In this document: piece by piece, positions 1 through 11,964 of the stretch | Layout of the letters: each line of letters begins with the position of its first letter | Numbering within the stretch: the first letter of the stretch is position 1 | NCBI RefSeq assembly: GCF_000143415.4 | Contig: NW_003314293.1 | Location: 1,260,431 to 1,324,430, forward strand | Source: Selaginella moellendorffii | Taxonomy: Eukaryota > Plantae > Lycopodiophyta | Reading direction: 5' to 3' | Length of the DNA stretch: 64,000 nt | The notes under the pieces: generated by a model | What the model saw: the letters and a program-made list of their open reading frames with translations, nothing else | What the model was told of the DNA's origin: nothing | The model's database searches: none | Program-made: the position numbers and the translations under genes

Positions 1-1
1 T

Positions 2-3000
2 GCAAAAGGGACCCTTGTGTCTATGGATCGGAACTTTGTTATACACTGTCAAAGGCTTGGGGAAGGCAATGCTGCTGTATCAGTAGAGACTGTCTTCGAT
101 GGGAATGTGGTCGCTATTGAACGAGGAGAGATGGTCGTCGGGGTAAATGTTGTTGTTGCCTTGAAAAATCTTCAGAAGAAAGCAGATGTTGGGGACAACG
201 CAAGTGCGACGCATGTTCCCTCCGTGGATCTTAAGAACCGTGCTACATGGATTCAGGCAAAAGTGTTTCTAAACAACCCCGAGGGGGAGGTGGTAGCTGA
301 GGGCTTAGCCACAGTTGTCGATCCAAGAGATGCGGTTGCTAATCAAGAATTGGGCTGGGATGATATTGGAGTTGCGATTTTAGAGGTTGTTGACACAGAA
401 GAAAACAATCTGACTATTGGAAGCATTGTGCGGTGGAAATTGAGGCACTTAGTGTTTGAGAATGTGAAGGATTCACAATCAAACACCACTACAACTGATG
501 ACAGAACATCTCTTCATGGGAAAAGAAAGTACACCTTCCTAAAGCGCAGCCAAAGGGATCTGAGCAACGAACCGAAAAGGCAGAAAATGGCGATGGAGGT
601 TCGAATGGTCTCGACAGTTGCTTGTTGCAAGAGGAGGTGCTGTCAACATGCTGATTGGGATGCTATTGAAGAGGAGAGAGCAAGATACAAGACATTGTCC
701 TGGAAGGCAGCTCGCAATTTTGTGTATGAGGCATTACGGTCATCTGTTGATGCTTCAGAACATCAGGTGGGGGGCATGGTCTTCCAGAGGGGTTTGGTCT
801 GCATGAAGGCATGGAGAATCATTTATGGAGTCCCTCAAACCACATTCTACAGAATCAAAACTGAGTTCGAGGAACAAAGGGTTCAACAGGCAGTCCATGG
901 GAACGACGGTACGCACAAAACCAGGGGTCATGTTGTTGTTGTATATGGAGAGGCAATCTTCAAGATGTTTGTCGAGACATGTAGCGAGCAGCAACCACAT
1001 AAAACCCGCCTCTTGGAAGATGGAACACGAGACACCCAACGAGTTCTCCCTTCCATGTATACCAAGGGGGCCATATTGGAAGATGTGAATCGGGAACTCC
1101 AGAGTAATGGCTACAGGAAGTTGAGCCAATCTAGATTTAGTAGATTGTGGAGCAACAGGTTCAGGGATGTGAGTATAGGAAAGTACTCCAGCTTTTCAAA
1201 GTGTGACGAGTGCACTGCTATCAAAATGGCTTTGTCGAAGAATTCTTGCAGCGCTCAAGAGCGAGAGACGTTGGTTAGAAGGCGGCTCGACCACAACATC
1301 GAGCAGAGAAGCTGCAGGACTGCATATTATCATAACAGGATTCTCTCCATGGAGAGACCTGACTCTTACCTCTGCATCATCCACGACAAAATGGACCAGA
1401 AAAAGACGTGCTTACCTCGACTCAATCCTGCCCCCAAGGCAATCTCTTCATCCATGCAGCTGCCTGTGTCTCTGTTTGGCATAATCGCTCATGGGCATGG
1501 TGCCCAGAACTATGGGAACTTCTTTGTACCTCTATGGGGTGGCGGGGGTGCAAACATGATGATTGCGTCCCTAGCAAAACACTTAAGGTCTCTGCAAAAT
1601 GCGCAGACTGAGCTGAACGGCCAACCCTTGCATAAGGCCCTTGTCGATCGAACCCCATACAGGGTTCAGCTGGAGGAGGAGCAAAGGCTTGCAGTATCGC
1701 GTGGGGCCCCATGCCATCCCAGTGAATATGTTGGCCGTCAGATTGTAGGGTTATCACGTGAGGCCTCATGCCATTCCGACGAGGCTGGTTGCCCGGTGAA
1801 TGCACAGCCTCATCCAAACGAAGCAGAATCTCAAGGAAGTTCTTGCGGCCGATGTGGCCTTCCACCCCATCTTCTGCTCCAAACAGACAATGCTGGCAGT
1901 GAGAACAAAAACATGTACGTCTTCGCGTACTTGGCGATGCTTGTTGCCAAAGGCATATTTGAAACGGTTACACTTGGCTTTCTCATGGTTGGGCACACTC
2001 ATGAAGACGTCGATGCCATGTTCAGTCACCTGGTAGAGTCCCTCCGGCGATCCAATGTCCTCACCCTCCCACAACTCTACGATGAATTCCAAAATTGCAT
2101 CAAAGGCATTGTTGAAGCTGCACTTCTGACAGAGGTTCCAGACTTTAAGGGGTTTGTAAGAGGCTACATCAGGGACGGATCCGAAACGCTGATTGGCCAC
2201 TCCAAGCCTCTTCAGTTTCATTTCAGCATGTGTGACGGTGCTCCAGTGATGAGGTACAAGATGAGAGAATGGGACACAGTGTGGCTGCCAGTGGACGGCA
2301 TTGAACTCTTCAAGAGAGATCCCATAACTGGGGAACCTATGATTCCTCAGGGTTCCCCACGGCCGATGCACCCGGATGGACTCAAAGACCAGGAAAGTAT
2401 AGTGGCCGGGATTAGACAACATATTGCCTTTTGGAAGAGGGGGTTGGTGTTTAGTGGAGAATCCTATTTTCAGAGGTGCAAGCCTTTGCTCGAATACTGG
2501 GAGAAGATTATATCTGCTATCCAGAATGGGCCGGTTGTATATGAAGAATTGGAAGAGTCCTTTTGGCCAGAACCCAGAGCACCAGATAGTAGCGGAACAA
2601 TGTCCTCTGGAAATGCAGTGACAGATAACGATGTTGAGGATCACTATTGTGGGCCGAGGAACAAGAAGCCGGATTCAGCATTCAATCCAGTACAGGTCTG
2701 CAAAGGAATGGTCGTGCTTGTCAGACCCAGTAATAAAAAACAAATGATATGGGTGGGGCACTGCATCACTGATGCAGAGGAGGACGCGGAAACTAACTCC
2801 TTCAATGTAACTGTGGAGTGGTTCAAGCCAAGTTCCGGATATACGAACGATTGCCTAGAAAAGAGATGGGTGCTGAATCCAAGGGATCCCAGCATGAGCA
2901 TATCGGTGGATAATGTTGTGCATGGTTGGATGCGGAAGCAGAGTGCCACCATCACCTTGCCAGACCATGCAAGAGATGCAGCAAGAGCATTCATAACCCG

Positions 3001-3095
3001 GGTTCAAGGTGAGATTCATTAATATTCCTTTACTAAGTTTCTAATGTATTTTATTTCAAGGTGAACAATCCGAATCTGAATCAGAGGAGGCGTGA
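2..3095 (+). CDS. Large DDD-type DNA transposase (Sola-like/DUF7869-like), with an N-terminal TNP1/EnSpm-like module and a C-terminal beta-barrel; probable terminal micro-exon 3061-3095
   Basis: Uninterrupted ~1000-codon ORF, open from position 2 (first ATG at 23). Motifs CCKRRCC, KCDEC..H, IIHDKMDQ, LQTDNAGSENKN and FLMVGHTHEDVDAMFS give a putative D-D-D triad. A GT..AG intron at 3009-3060 joins in frame to GEQSESESEEA*. Confidence 0.8.
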
Positions 3096-4425
3096 TGGCA
3101 TGTGGCTTTACGCCATTCCTAGGTGAGATGATACAAATAACAAGTATAAATTCTTAGTTGTTCTAGCAAATCTTACTTAAAGTTCAAGGTGAACAAGCCG
3201 AATATGAATTCATCGGATTGTTATAACAAATTGCGAGGTGATGGCATGAGGCGATACGCCATTTGAGAGTGGTAGCCATTCCTATATGAGGTGAGTGAAG
3301 TATTTATTAGAAATACCTCATTCAATTGTGCACTTCTAAGTCTTGGTCCACTTAGTACTGTTTGCATGTTTCTATTTTAATTCTTTCTCTAAAATGTTAT
3401 TTAGCATGTGGCTTCATGCCATTGCTCTCCACAATCATGCATTGAATTTCTATCCTTGCATAATACTTCTCCATATATATAGCATGTGCGCACATGTGAT
3501 ATGGTTCATTAGGCCTGATATAGTGTGTGAGGTAAAACAAAGATGATGTGACATATGCATTTACCAATCACACGTGCATAAATCTAATAATATGGCGTGT
3601 GGCCCATATTAATGGCACATAAACCCATATTGTGGGCTTACGTGCTTTATGTACCATCATTCCCTTGCAGCGTGTGTGTTGGTTTTTTTTTATAACACAA
3701 CGAACTCCATATTTTAGGGTGAAGAGCGTTCTCATGGCAAGCACAAAATCTGTAAGTGAGGCAGAAAAGGAGACGGAGAAGGAGATAGGTGAAGATGTAG
3801 AATATATAAGTCTTCCAAACTCCCCGTACTATACTCCAGGTGATCATTTTTCTGAACAAACGGCAACATTAACAACTATCGAGAACGCCCCAGTAACGTC
3901 AGAGACAACAATCCAAAGCAAAACAACTGACCCGGAGAAGGATGATAGTACCGCTGAGAGTACCAAAAAGGAGGTGTCCACTAGCGCTTAGGCTTATAAT
4001 GGCGTGTGCCCTCATGCCATTTACTTGATCACCAAATACCTTTTTCCCTTTGCACTAGTATATCTTAATACCGGTCTGAGAAATAGAATGGCATGTGCCC
4101 TCAGGCCTTTTACTAAATCACCTTTGAAAGAAATGCAAGCCTCTATGTCGTAAAAAAAAGGTACTAGAGAAATTCCTTAATAATATGAATGTTATTTAGT
4201 TTCATGAAAATACACTAAGGGTCAAATGAGTTAAATGACTTCTCCAGACTAGCAATGCCTCTTGCTACACCTTCACAATTAGATTCGTTAGAAAAAGATA
4301 ACATTGAATAATATCTAAATGTTTTCACCATTAAGTTATATGTCTGGCTAATAGGAATGATGTTCATCTTGGAAAGCTCACCACACGCTCAATGAACAAA
4401 CAAATAGTGTGTGCGCGCATGCCAT
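3095..4425. repeat. Seven dispersed 22-bp imperfect palindromes, consensus ATGGCRTG-N6-YAYGCCAT (3095, 3241, ~3401, 3592, 3999, 4088, 4404), plus an inverted repeat 3056-3102 / 4418-4464
   Basis: Read directly, e.g. atggcatgtggctttacgccat, atggcatgaggcgatacgccat, atggcgtgtgccctcatgccat. The motif tcaaggtgaacaa(t/g)ccgaatctgaa occurs at 3056 and, with one further change, at 3184, and inverted ending at 4464. Confidence 0.75.
3734..3991 (+). CDS. Small acidic, Thr-rich 85-aa ORF within the transposon 3' region (unknown function)
   Basis: ATG-initiated ORF MASTKSVSEAEKETE... with hydrophilic composition in otherwise AT-rich DNA; no recognisable motif. Confidence 0.25.
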   Translation: MASTKSVSEAEKETEKEIGEDVEYISLPNSPYYTPGDHFSEQTATLTTIENAPVTSETTIQSKTTDPEKDDSTAESTKKEVSTSA

Positions 4426-4650
4426 CGCTCTTCTTTAGCTTCAGATTCGGCTTGTTCACCTTGACAATGAGATTTATTATACAACTAGATGGACTCAGTC
4501 TGGACATAAGGTCACCGCGCTAGTCACCATGCCCCAGATATGTCTAGCCCCTGGACAAAAAACATATAATTTCACGTCATTTTCAAATACTTGAAAATTT
4601 GTACCTAGTCCCATTTTACTGAATAAATCCCACTTTAACGAAATAGAGCA

Positions 4651-5504
4651 TATCTTCCGTTGGTGCAGTTTGCTTACAACAATAGCCAACACAGTGGAAC
4701 CAAGCTAAGTCTTTATTTTGCCATGTTTGGAAGGCATCCTCGAAAAACGGTGGAGTTGGGTTTGCATTTGAGTAAGGACATTCAAGATAAGCTTGATTCC
4801 GAGGCGACTGATTTGGCCACAGAACTTGATGAGATTTTGGTGGTGTGCAAACGGAATTTGCAAGCAGCTCAGGATAGAGCGGAGAAGTTTGCCAATGAGC
4901 ATCGCCAATTCCGGGAATATAAAGTGGGTGATCTCATCTTTGTGCGAGTGATCTTTCTGTCAAGTGAGCGGCGGAACACCTTGGTGCCTTTACGGACAGG
5001 GAAGAGTGATAAACTTTCCCGTCGATATGCTGGTCCATATGAAGTACTGGAGCGCATTGGTAAAGTGGCTTATCAGGTGCGGCTGCCAGCTGGGGTGAAA
5101 ATTCATCCGGTATTTTATGTCAGCCAGTTGAAAGGTGTACTATCTCGGAGTGATGGGCCCAATGCCTCCTTGATGTATACAGCTGTGGAAGATGGACCAG
5201 GAGCTTGAGTAGGGTTCCCCAGAAAGGGTGGTCACCGGTACAACTCGTCCTTGGGACAAGGACTTTGTTGGGGGGGAAGAATTGTTAGGTGCCAGTTTTG
5301 ACTACGTGGTCAACGTCGGTCAAAGGGAGGCTCAAGGGTATATTAAGGCATGTTAGGGTAAGGGACTTAACCTACCCTAGGGCTCACAGTGGAGTGGCAG
5401 CACAGTGGAGCTTTTGAGGTGGTTGGGTGGTGAGGAACCTCAAGAGGTGGCGTAGCATAGTCTAGGGTGACTAGATCTCTGTCTTTTTGCACCGGATCAT
5501 AACA
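4651..5504 (+). mobile_element. 3' end of Ty3/gypsy retrotransposon (family A copy 1): integrase C-terminus, PPT and 3' LTR 5283-5504
   Basis: LVQFAYNNSQH...KLSRRYAGPYEVLERIGKVAYQVRLP...IHPVFYVSQLK (GPY/F module); PPT ggggggaagaa; LTR TGTT...AACA nearly identical to 8739-8970. Confidence 0.9.
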
Positions 5505-8270
5505 TAGGGGGAGAAGACAAAGGTAACATGTGAACTTAAGAAAAATTTATATACTGTCATGTGGCGTGTGGTAGATGTAAGTTCCTCCAGATCCTCTTCT
5601 TGGGCACCAAGATGAGCTGGAATGAAGTTACTCCTGACATATTTTTTGCAACCATTTTGAGGAACTAAGAATAACAGAGAATTAAGAGAAATATACCTCG
5701 AGAAGTTCCTCAGTTATGGGCATGTCTTGGATGATCATCATCACTATTGACTAATTCCTCCAGATGTGGATTTGCACGCTTTCGTTGAGATAGAACTTCT
5801 TGTACGTATTGGTTCTCTTGCTCCACTTTGTCCTAAGGAATTTCTTGCAACTCGTTCTCACCGCTATCTTCACTCTCCTCGCGATTGGCACCAACAGTGT
5901 CGACATTCTCATGGCCATTATCTTCGTCATCCAGCACATCTTTATTGTTGCCTCTGGCCCCTCTCGGCAGGTTGGTGCCTAATCTGGCATCTCCAATTCC
6001 TAAGGACAAGCGCGCTTTATTGCTGCTGGAAACTTCATTGTTGTCGGGTACATGCCTCCATCTCTCACACCATGCCTTAGGAGTCATTTGCATACTGGTG
6101 TTTCAAGAGGAACGCCTCTGTATTGGAGATACCTATAATAGAATATAAACAAATTAAGTATAGTTGAGAAATTATATGTTACCTGAAAGCTGCTTGCTAC
6201 ATGAAGTAAGGTTGGCCAAGTTGTTTATCAAATGGAGTCATGCTTGTGGCCTTCTTTGGCAGCCAGTCCTCTTTGAGTTTTGTAAGCTCAGTGGTGATGA
6301 AGTCTTTGAATGGAAGTTGCTTAGGATCATCACCTATGAAAGGCATTAAAAACATTTCCCCTTCATATATAGTTTGTGAAATGTAAACAGTCCTCCTTAT
6401 CATAGTCTCCATCATATTGTCCAAACCTTTTTCTCCTTCCTTGAGTCTACTATTGAGGTCATTTAGAATATGTATCTGTTCTTTATATGTAAGCTTTGAC
6501 TTTGAGATGTTATAAATAATCTCATCTGGGGTCTTGCCCACTAAGAAATAACTTTTGTGAGTAACCTTCATGTAAACGCAAACAATACTTACTTTCATGA
6601 CAAGCAATTTTTGTTATAATATCAAACCACTCCTTTGGGCGTCAAGGGTCAGCCACACTAAGTAATTTCTTTACCTTTGTCTTCTTTGTGATGTTTATTT
6701 TCTTGTCAATTGCAGCTAAATGCTTCAAGAGTTCTTGATCATTTTCAACTCGATGTGATTGTGTATATGCATCTTGGCTAACTTCATGAAGACAATACAA
6801 ACATTCTATGATAAGAAGTATACTTGGAAGAACATACCTTACTCCACACGGCTGTTATAAAAGCCACTGGATTCTTGTACCATCTGTTGGCATCTTGACA
6901 ACCTCATTGATGTTGAATAAGTGATGCTAAATCATCACCATAATGGCTGTGGATTGCATCCTTGTCGAGATTGGCAAGAAACCAGATCTACTCGATATCA
7001 TGTACTATAGCGCATGTGATCATGGGATGAAATATAAATATACTGTCACTGTGGATCCTTGGAACTTTGGGGGATAAATGGGGATAAAATAGCCATTAAG
7101 GGCTCTCTCATCAAGCAATTGCCCCTTTTCTAGTTGGCTTAAGGGGAGAGAAATAAGGTGTGCTACAATGTGCTAGGCTTTATTTCTGCATTGCAAACTG
7201 TCCCAGCCTGCAAAACACAAATTGTTAAAAGTGATTGAAGAGGGAGAGGTACTTATGTATTAATTTTGTGGCAAGCTATCACAAGCCTTGCCATATCTAG
7301 AGCTCCTCTCGAGTGTACATGTCCAACCGGAACATTGATGTGATAGACAGGATCGTCTCAGAAGCATTCATTGATGCACTTCATCCACGTACACTAGCGA
7401 GATTCCTGTTGATAATGTAGAACATTTTCCCCACAAACTATTGAGTTTTAGGATGGCTCATAAGTATGTTGTCAAATTCGCGGGACTTCATTTTCCAAAT
7501 GTCATCCCAAACCGTCTTGATTTCTGGTGACACCAAGAGGGTATTTGTCATTCTTAGCTTGAAGACTGAAACAAGGAACATACCTATATTTGTCCCAAGG
7601 CCATTCTATTTGTACAGACTATAGATATCCATGTTGATGAAGTGAGGTGAAGCAGACTGAATAATGCTTGTTTGAGTGAATCGACATAGTGGGATTTTTC
7701 AAATCATGTCTCTTGAGCCTTCCCACTTGAGAGACTCTAGAGTTGTGTGAATGGCCTTCTCTTTGGTTCTCAAAACTGTCTCTTGAAAGCGCTTGTCTAC
7801 AATGTGTTCAGGTAACTCCACTTTTCTTTCAACTTCAGCTACACCTCCAGCAGCACCATTATCAGATCTAGCCCCCAACTCGGGCTCAACATCCCCGTCA
7901 GGCGCAACTGGGCACTGCTTTGTATCTGCCATATTTTGCGAATATGTTAAGAGTAATGGCATTTGTGGTTGTGGCAACAATGGTAGTGATGACAATGGTT
8001 GCAATGGCACTACTGGTGGTGATGACGGTGGCGGTGGTGGTGGTAATGGCGATGATAAGGGTGGTGGTAATGGTGGTGATGAAGGTAGAGGTGGCAATGG
8101 CGGTGAAGGTGGTGGCGGCGGTAATGGTGGTGGTGGCATCGATGGCAGAGGTGGAAAAAATGGGGGTGCATGTGGACTGGAGGTATCTGGTTGCCAAGAC
8201 AGCAGAGTTGTCACTATGGAAACCTCTATCTGAAGGTTAAGTTGATTGTCATCCTAGATCTCATCTTCCT
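5505..8270 (-). pseudogene. Decayed multi-exon gene encoding a Pro-rich N-terminus, a ParB/Srx-like domain and an acidic low-complexity C-terminal part
   Basis: Manual translation of 7740-7260: LKWEGSRDMI*KIPLCRF...GMFLVSV...WDDIWKMKSREFDNILMSHPKTQ*FVGKMFYIINRN/fs/R*CTWMKCINECF*DDPVYHINV. INRNxR looks like a decayed IDGNHR. Stops are consistent with single transitions (CGA>TGA, CAG>TAG, TGG>TAG). Further exon-like blocks run to ~5520. Confidence 0.55.
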
Positions 8271-8468
8271 CATGTCTTGTTCTCTTTGATCCAACATCCT
8301 TATCCTTTTGTAGTTGTTTTCATTTCTGAAAATAAAAAAAACTCATTATAAAATAAAAATGCATGAAAAGTGATTGCATGGTGGTCCACTAGTACACTAG
8401 CATACCAGCTACGGGAGGCAACGCCCAAGCCCACTTGATGCATGGGCTAACCCAGCCCACAGCCTAGC

Positions 8469-8738
8469 CGAGGCCGTGCGGGGCGGTTTGCTGGCATACC
8501 AGTTCGCCCCGCATTGCCATGGCTGGCTTGCGGAGTGCCTGCTGAGTGCCTGGCCTAGGAACTTGGTGCGGGCGAGGCTGTGGGGGGAGGTTCGCCGGTG
8601 TGCCGGCCCGCCCCCAACGGCCATGGCCTCGCCTGTGCGGAGTGCCCAACTGAGTGCCCGGCCTGGGCACTTGGCATAGGCGAGGCCGTGGGGGCCAGTT
8701 CACTGGTGTACTGGCCGCCCCAACGGCCATGGCCTCAC
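8469..8738. repeat. GC-rich tandem repeat, ~104-108 bp unit, ~2.5 copies, cut by an LTR
   Basis: cgaggc(c/t)gtg...ccatggc...gcggagtgcc...cttgg recurs at 8469, 8573 and 8681. Confidence 0.75.
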
Positions 8739-11072
8739 TGTTAGGCGCCAGCTTTGACTACATGGTCAATGTCAGTCAAAGGGAGGCTCAAGGGTATATT
8801 AAGGCATGTTAGGGTAAGGGACTAACCTACCCTAGGGCTCACAGTGGAGCAGCAGCACAGTGGAGCTTTTGAGGTAGCTCGGGGGTGGTTGGGTGGTGAG
8901 GAACCTCAAGAGGTGGCGTAGCATAGTCTAGGGCAACTAGATCTCTGTCTTTTTGCGCCGGATTATAACATTGGTATCAAAGGAGTTGATTGCGATGGCC
9001 GACCAAGCTGAACGCTGGAATCCTATTGTCGATGGTGGTGCCGACAATGGTGCTGACGAAGCTGCGGAGATTTGGACCATTCAAGATGTGGTTTATGAGC
9101 TGCAAGCCCTTAACTGAAATTAGCAAGAGATGCAAGACGAGATGCATGGTATGATGGATACCATGCGTGGGCGTGTTGAGGCACTCGAGGCTGGACGGGG
9201 TAGTGCTCCAAGTAAGCCTTCTTTGGTAGATCGACTCAGGATTCCAACTTTTTCCGGTGATGGTGGTGTGGACGAGTGTCTCGCTTGGCTAGCTAATGTG
9301 AAGAAGTTCTTGGCTGCTAGGGGAACTCCAGATGCAGAGGCTTTAGTGGCTATTCCGATGGTTTTGCGTGATGCAGGTCTTCAATGGTGGAATTGGCTTG
9401 AGGAGTCCCGTATTGTGGATAAGAAACCACCAGTGTCTACTATGGATGAATTTGAGGCTGCTTTCCGTTTACATTTTGCCCCTCATTACGACGTGGAGAA
9501 TGCTCGTACAGAATTTCAACATTTCCAGCAAGGGAAAATGACGCTTGGGGACTATATTGAGAAGCTTACTCGCTGGATTAGTCGTGTTCCAACGAAGGAT
9601 CCAAATCAGAATAAGTCCTACTTCATTGATGGCCTACATAGTGAGAGCATGCGGCAACACTTGCGTCATTCTCAGCCTACAAAGAGTTTGGAGGAGCTCT
9701 TTGATGCGACTTGTCGACTTGACAATGATAAGCACAAGTCTCGCAAGCGTTCGTGGAGTCCTTCTATCGAGAATCGTTGTGATGATCACCGTGGACACAA
9801 GGATGGAACAAGCATCACAATTTGACGTCGGTGGTGACTACTTCGGATGCAAAGGGGTCCAAGAAGCAGAAGTTCTTTGTGAAGAATTATAAACAGGGTT
9901 GTCATCATTGCGGTGAACTTGGACACTACAAGGCTGATTGTCCGCAGTTGAAGAACAAGCAGCAGGACAAGAAGAATGGCCAATCTTCTTCTCACGGTAA
10001 GTCAGATACTAAAAAGTTGCAAACTTTGCAGTGTGAGGATGAGGAGAACGACCATTCCGGTCGGAGGAAGCGACTTTCTATCGTTGTTCGTCAGCTCAAC
10101 TATGTGTGGAACAAGATGGAGCTCGAGGATACGCGTGAATCAGCTTTAATGCTGGAGGGCGTGTTCCGTGGCGATCCAGTGCGGATTTTACTAGATAGTG
10201 GGAGTGATGACAACTTTGTTTTGGCAAAGTTTGTTGCAGAGTATGGCTTGGTCACACATGGAGTTCTTCCATACATAGTGGAAGGTGCAGCTACCTCTGC
10301 TCAGCATTTCGATGCTTGTGTTGAGGGGCTAGAAGTGTTGGTTGGCAAAACCACACTTGTGAAGACTTTTTATCTCGCGGATATCCATCGTGTGGATCTC
10401 ATCCTTGGGATGCCATGGTTGGTGAAGGTGGATCCAGAGATAAAGTGGAGTATTAAGCATATCTCGCAGGAGTATGGTGGCGTAAAAAATGTGTGGTTTG
10501 GCGAGGGCATTCAACCCCTAGTTGTTATGCTCTCTGCTACATCTTTGAAGCAGGCTTGTCGTAATAGAAAAGCACTTTCTAGTTACTTGCTATTTGTTCG
10601 TGACTTGGGGGACCAAGGCACTTGTGGGGGAGAAGCAGCAGTACGGGATGTACTAGACGAGTTTTCTGATGTTTTTCCACATGAACTTCCTCATGGGTTG
10701 CCTCTGTTACGAGGTGTGGAGCATGGGATTACATTGGAGCCGGGGACGCGGCCAATTTACCGGCGTCCATTTTGGTTAAGTTATGCGGAGGAGCAAGAAG
10801 TTCAATGACAAGTCAAGGAGTTACTTGAGTTTGGATTCATTCAGCCAAGTAAGTCTCCATTTGGTGCTCCAGTCTTGCTTGTGAAGAAGAAGGACGGTTC
10901 AATGCGGATATGTATTGACTACCGCGCTTTGAACAAGAAGACAGTGAAGGATAAGATGCCGATGCCATGTGTGGATGATATCCTAGACAAGCTTAGTGAA
11001 GCACAAGTGTTTACCAAGATTGATCTAAGGAGTGGATATCATCAGATTGCAATGGATGATGCATCTATCTAA
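8739..11072 (+). mobile_element. Ty3/gypsy retrotransposon (family A copy 2), 5' part: LTR 8739-8970, tRNA-iMet-type PBS, gag, protease, truncated RT; pseudogenised
   Basis: LTR followed by TGGTATCA; gag (IPTFSG...FQQGKMTLGDYIEK), zinc knuckle CHHCGELGHYKADC, protease [27 protein letters not shown]...[11 protein letters not shown]; contains stops and a frameshift. Confidence 0.92.
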
Positions 11073-11964
11073 GTTATGCCAGGAATACTAATGTGTTGGG
11101 GGCTAACGAATTGTGGAAAGGCAAGGTGTTCCCAAGGATGGATTCCCAATTTCTCCGATTTGACGAAAGTGGAAGCTCCAAGGGAGGGAGCGGTAAGGTA
11201 GCCAAATGATAGGGCCATGGACGGCCCTAACACAAATTATGATAACTGGAACTTAGTGCCCAAAGAGTCACGAAATAGAAGAGAGGATGATGGTGCCCTC
11301 GAGTAGAGAACTTCCTAGGATAGGGAAGTGGACTTGCATAATATGTGCAATGCAAGATGTCAAAGACACCTATGAAATTAACTTCAAAAAGTCAAAAGTA
11401 AACGTTCCAAAGTGCAAAGGTTATGTCGATGGAAATTGAGACTACTCGAGAAGTAGTGGGATTGAGATATAGACGGTATCTCTAATAGGTTTAGCGAGAA
11501 CTAAACTAATAAAAGGAGAGAACCACTACAAGTGGTCCAATCAATCTCTAAGTTAGAGAGACTATCCTCCTTAGAGGTTGGGTAAGGCATGGTGAGCCTT
11601 CGGTATCAAACCATTGACGAATATTGGCAAAGTGCCAAGAATGGAAAGTGTAATACATGTTGGTATTACTTTATAAAATAGTTTATCATTCGATGAGGAC
11701 ATCAAACTTCGTCTATGGGTGGTGGAGTTGTGAGACACAAAATCCCTAGGCCCCAAAGTGGAGCCGGAAAGGGTGCCACGTGGTAGTGGCCGAAGCAAAA
11801 GCCAAACGAGCATAACACATTTGGACTAAAAGCTCCAACTTGAAGGTCGAGAGCGGGAGTGGAACTATCAACAAAGTGCTTGAGGAGCGAGCACGAGGCA
11901 AGCAATAACCAAGGCTCCAAAAAGGGACCCAAAAAGAACCAACACATGACACATGGAAGAGTCA

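Larger units (their letters stand above)
1..4650 (+). mobile_element. Right part of a cut-and-paste DNA transposon inserted into a gypsy integrase; left end lies outside the window
   Basis: Transposase, then 1.5 kb of repeated palindromic motifs, then an abrupt return to integrase sequence (YLPLVQFAYNN) at ~4651. Confidence 0.6.

Noticed and set aside
7699-8240. Extensin/formin-like or Gly-rich protein
   Set aside because: The Pro-rich tract continues in frame into the ParB-like pseudogene; the opposite-strand ORFs are shadows.
8388-8400. CACTAG motifs as a CACTA terminus
   Set aside because: No partner TIR or TSD found in the window.
5283-8970. Single LTR element bounded by the two similar LTRs
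   Set aside because: The PPT lies before the first LTR and the PBS after the second, so they belong to two elements.
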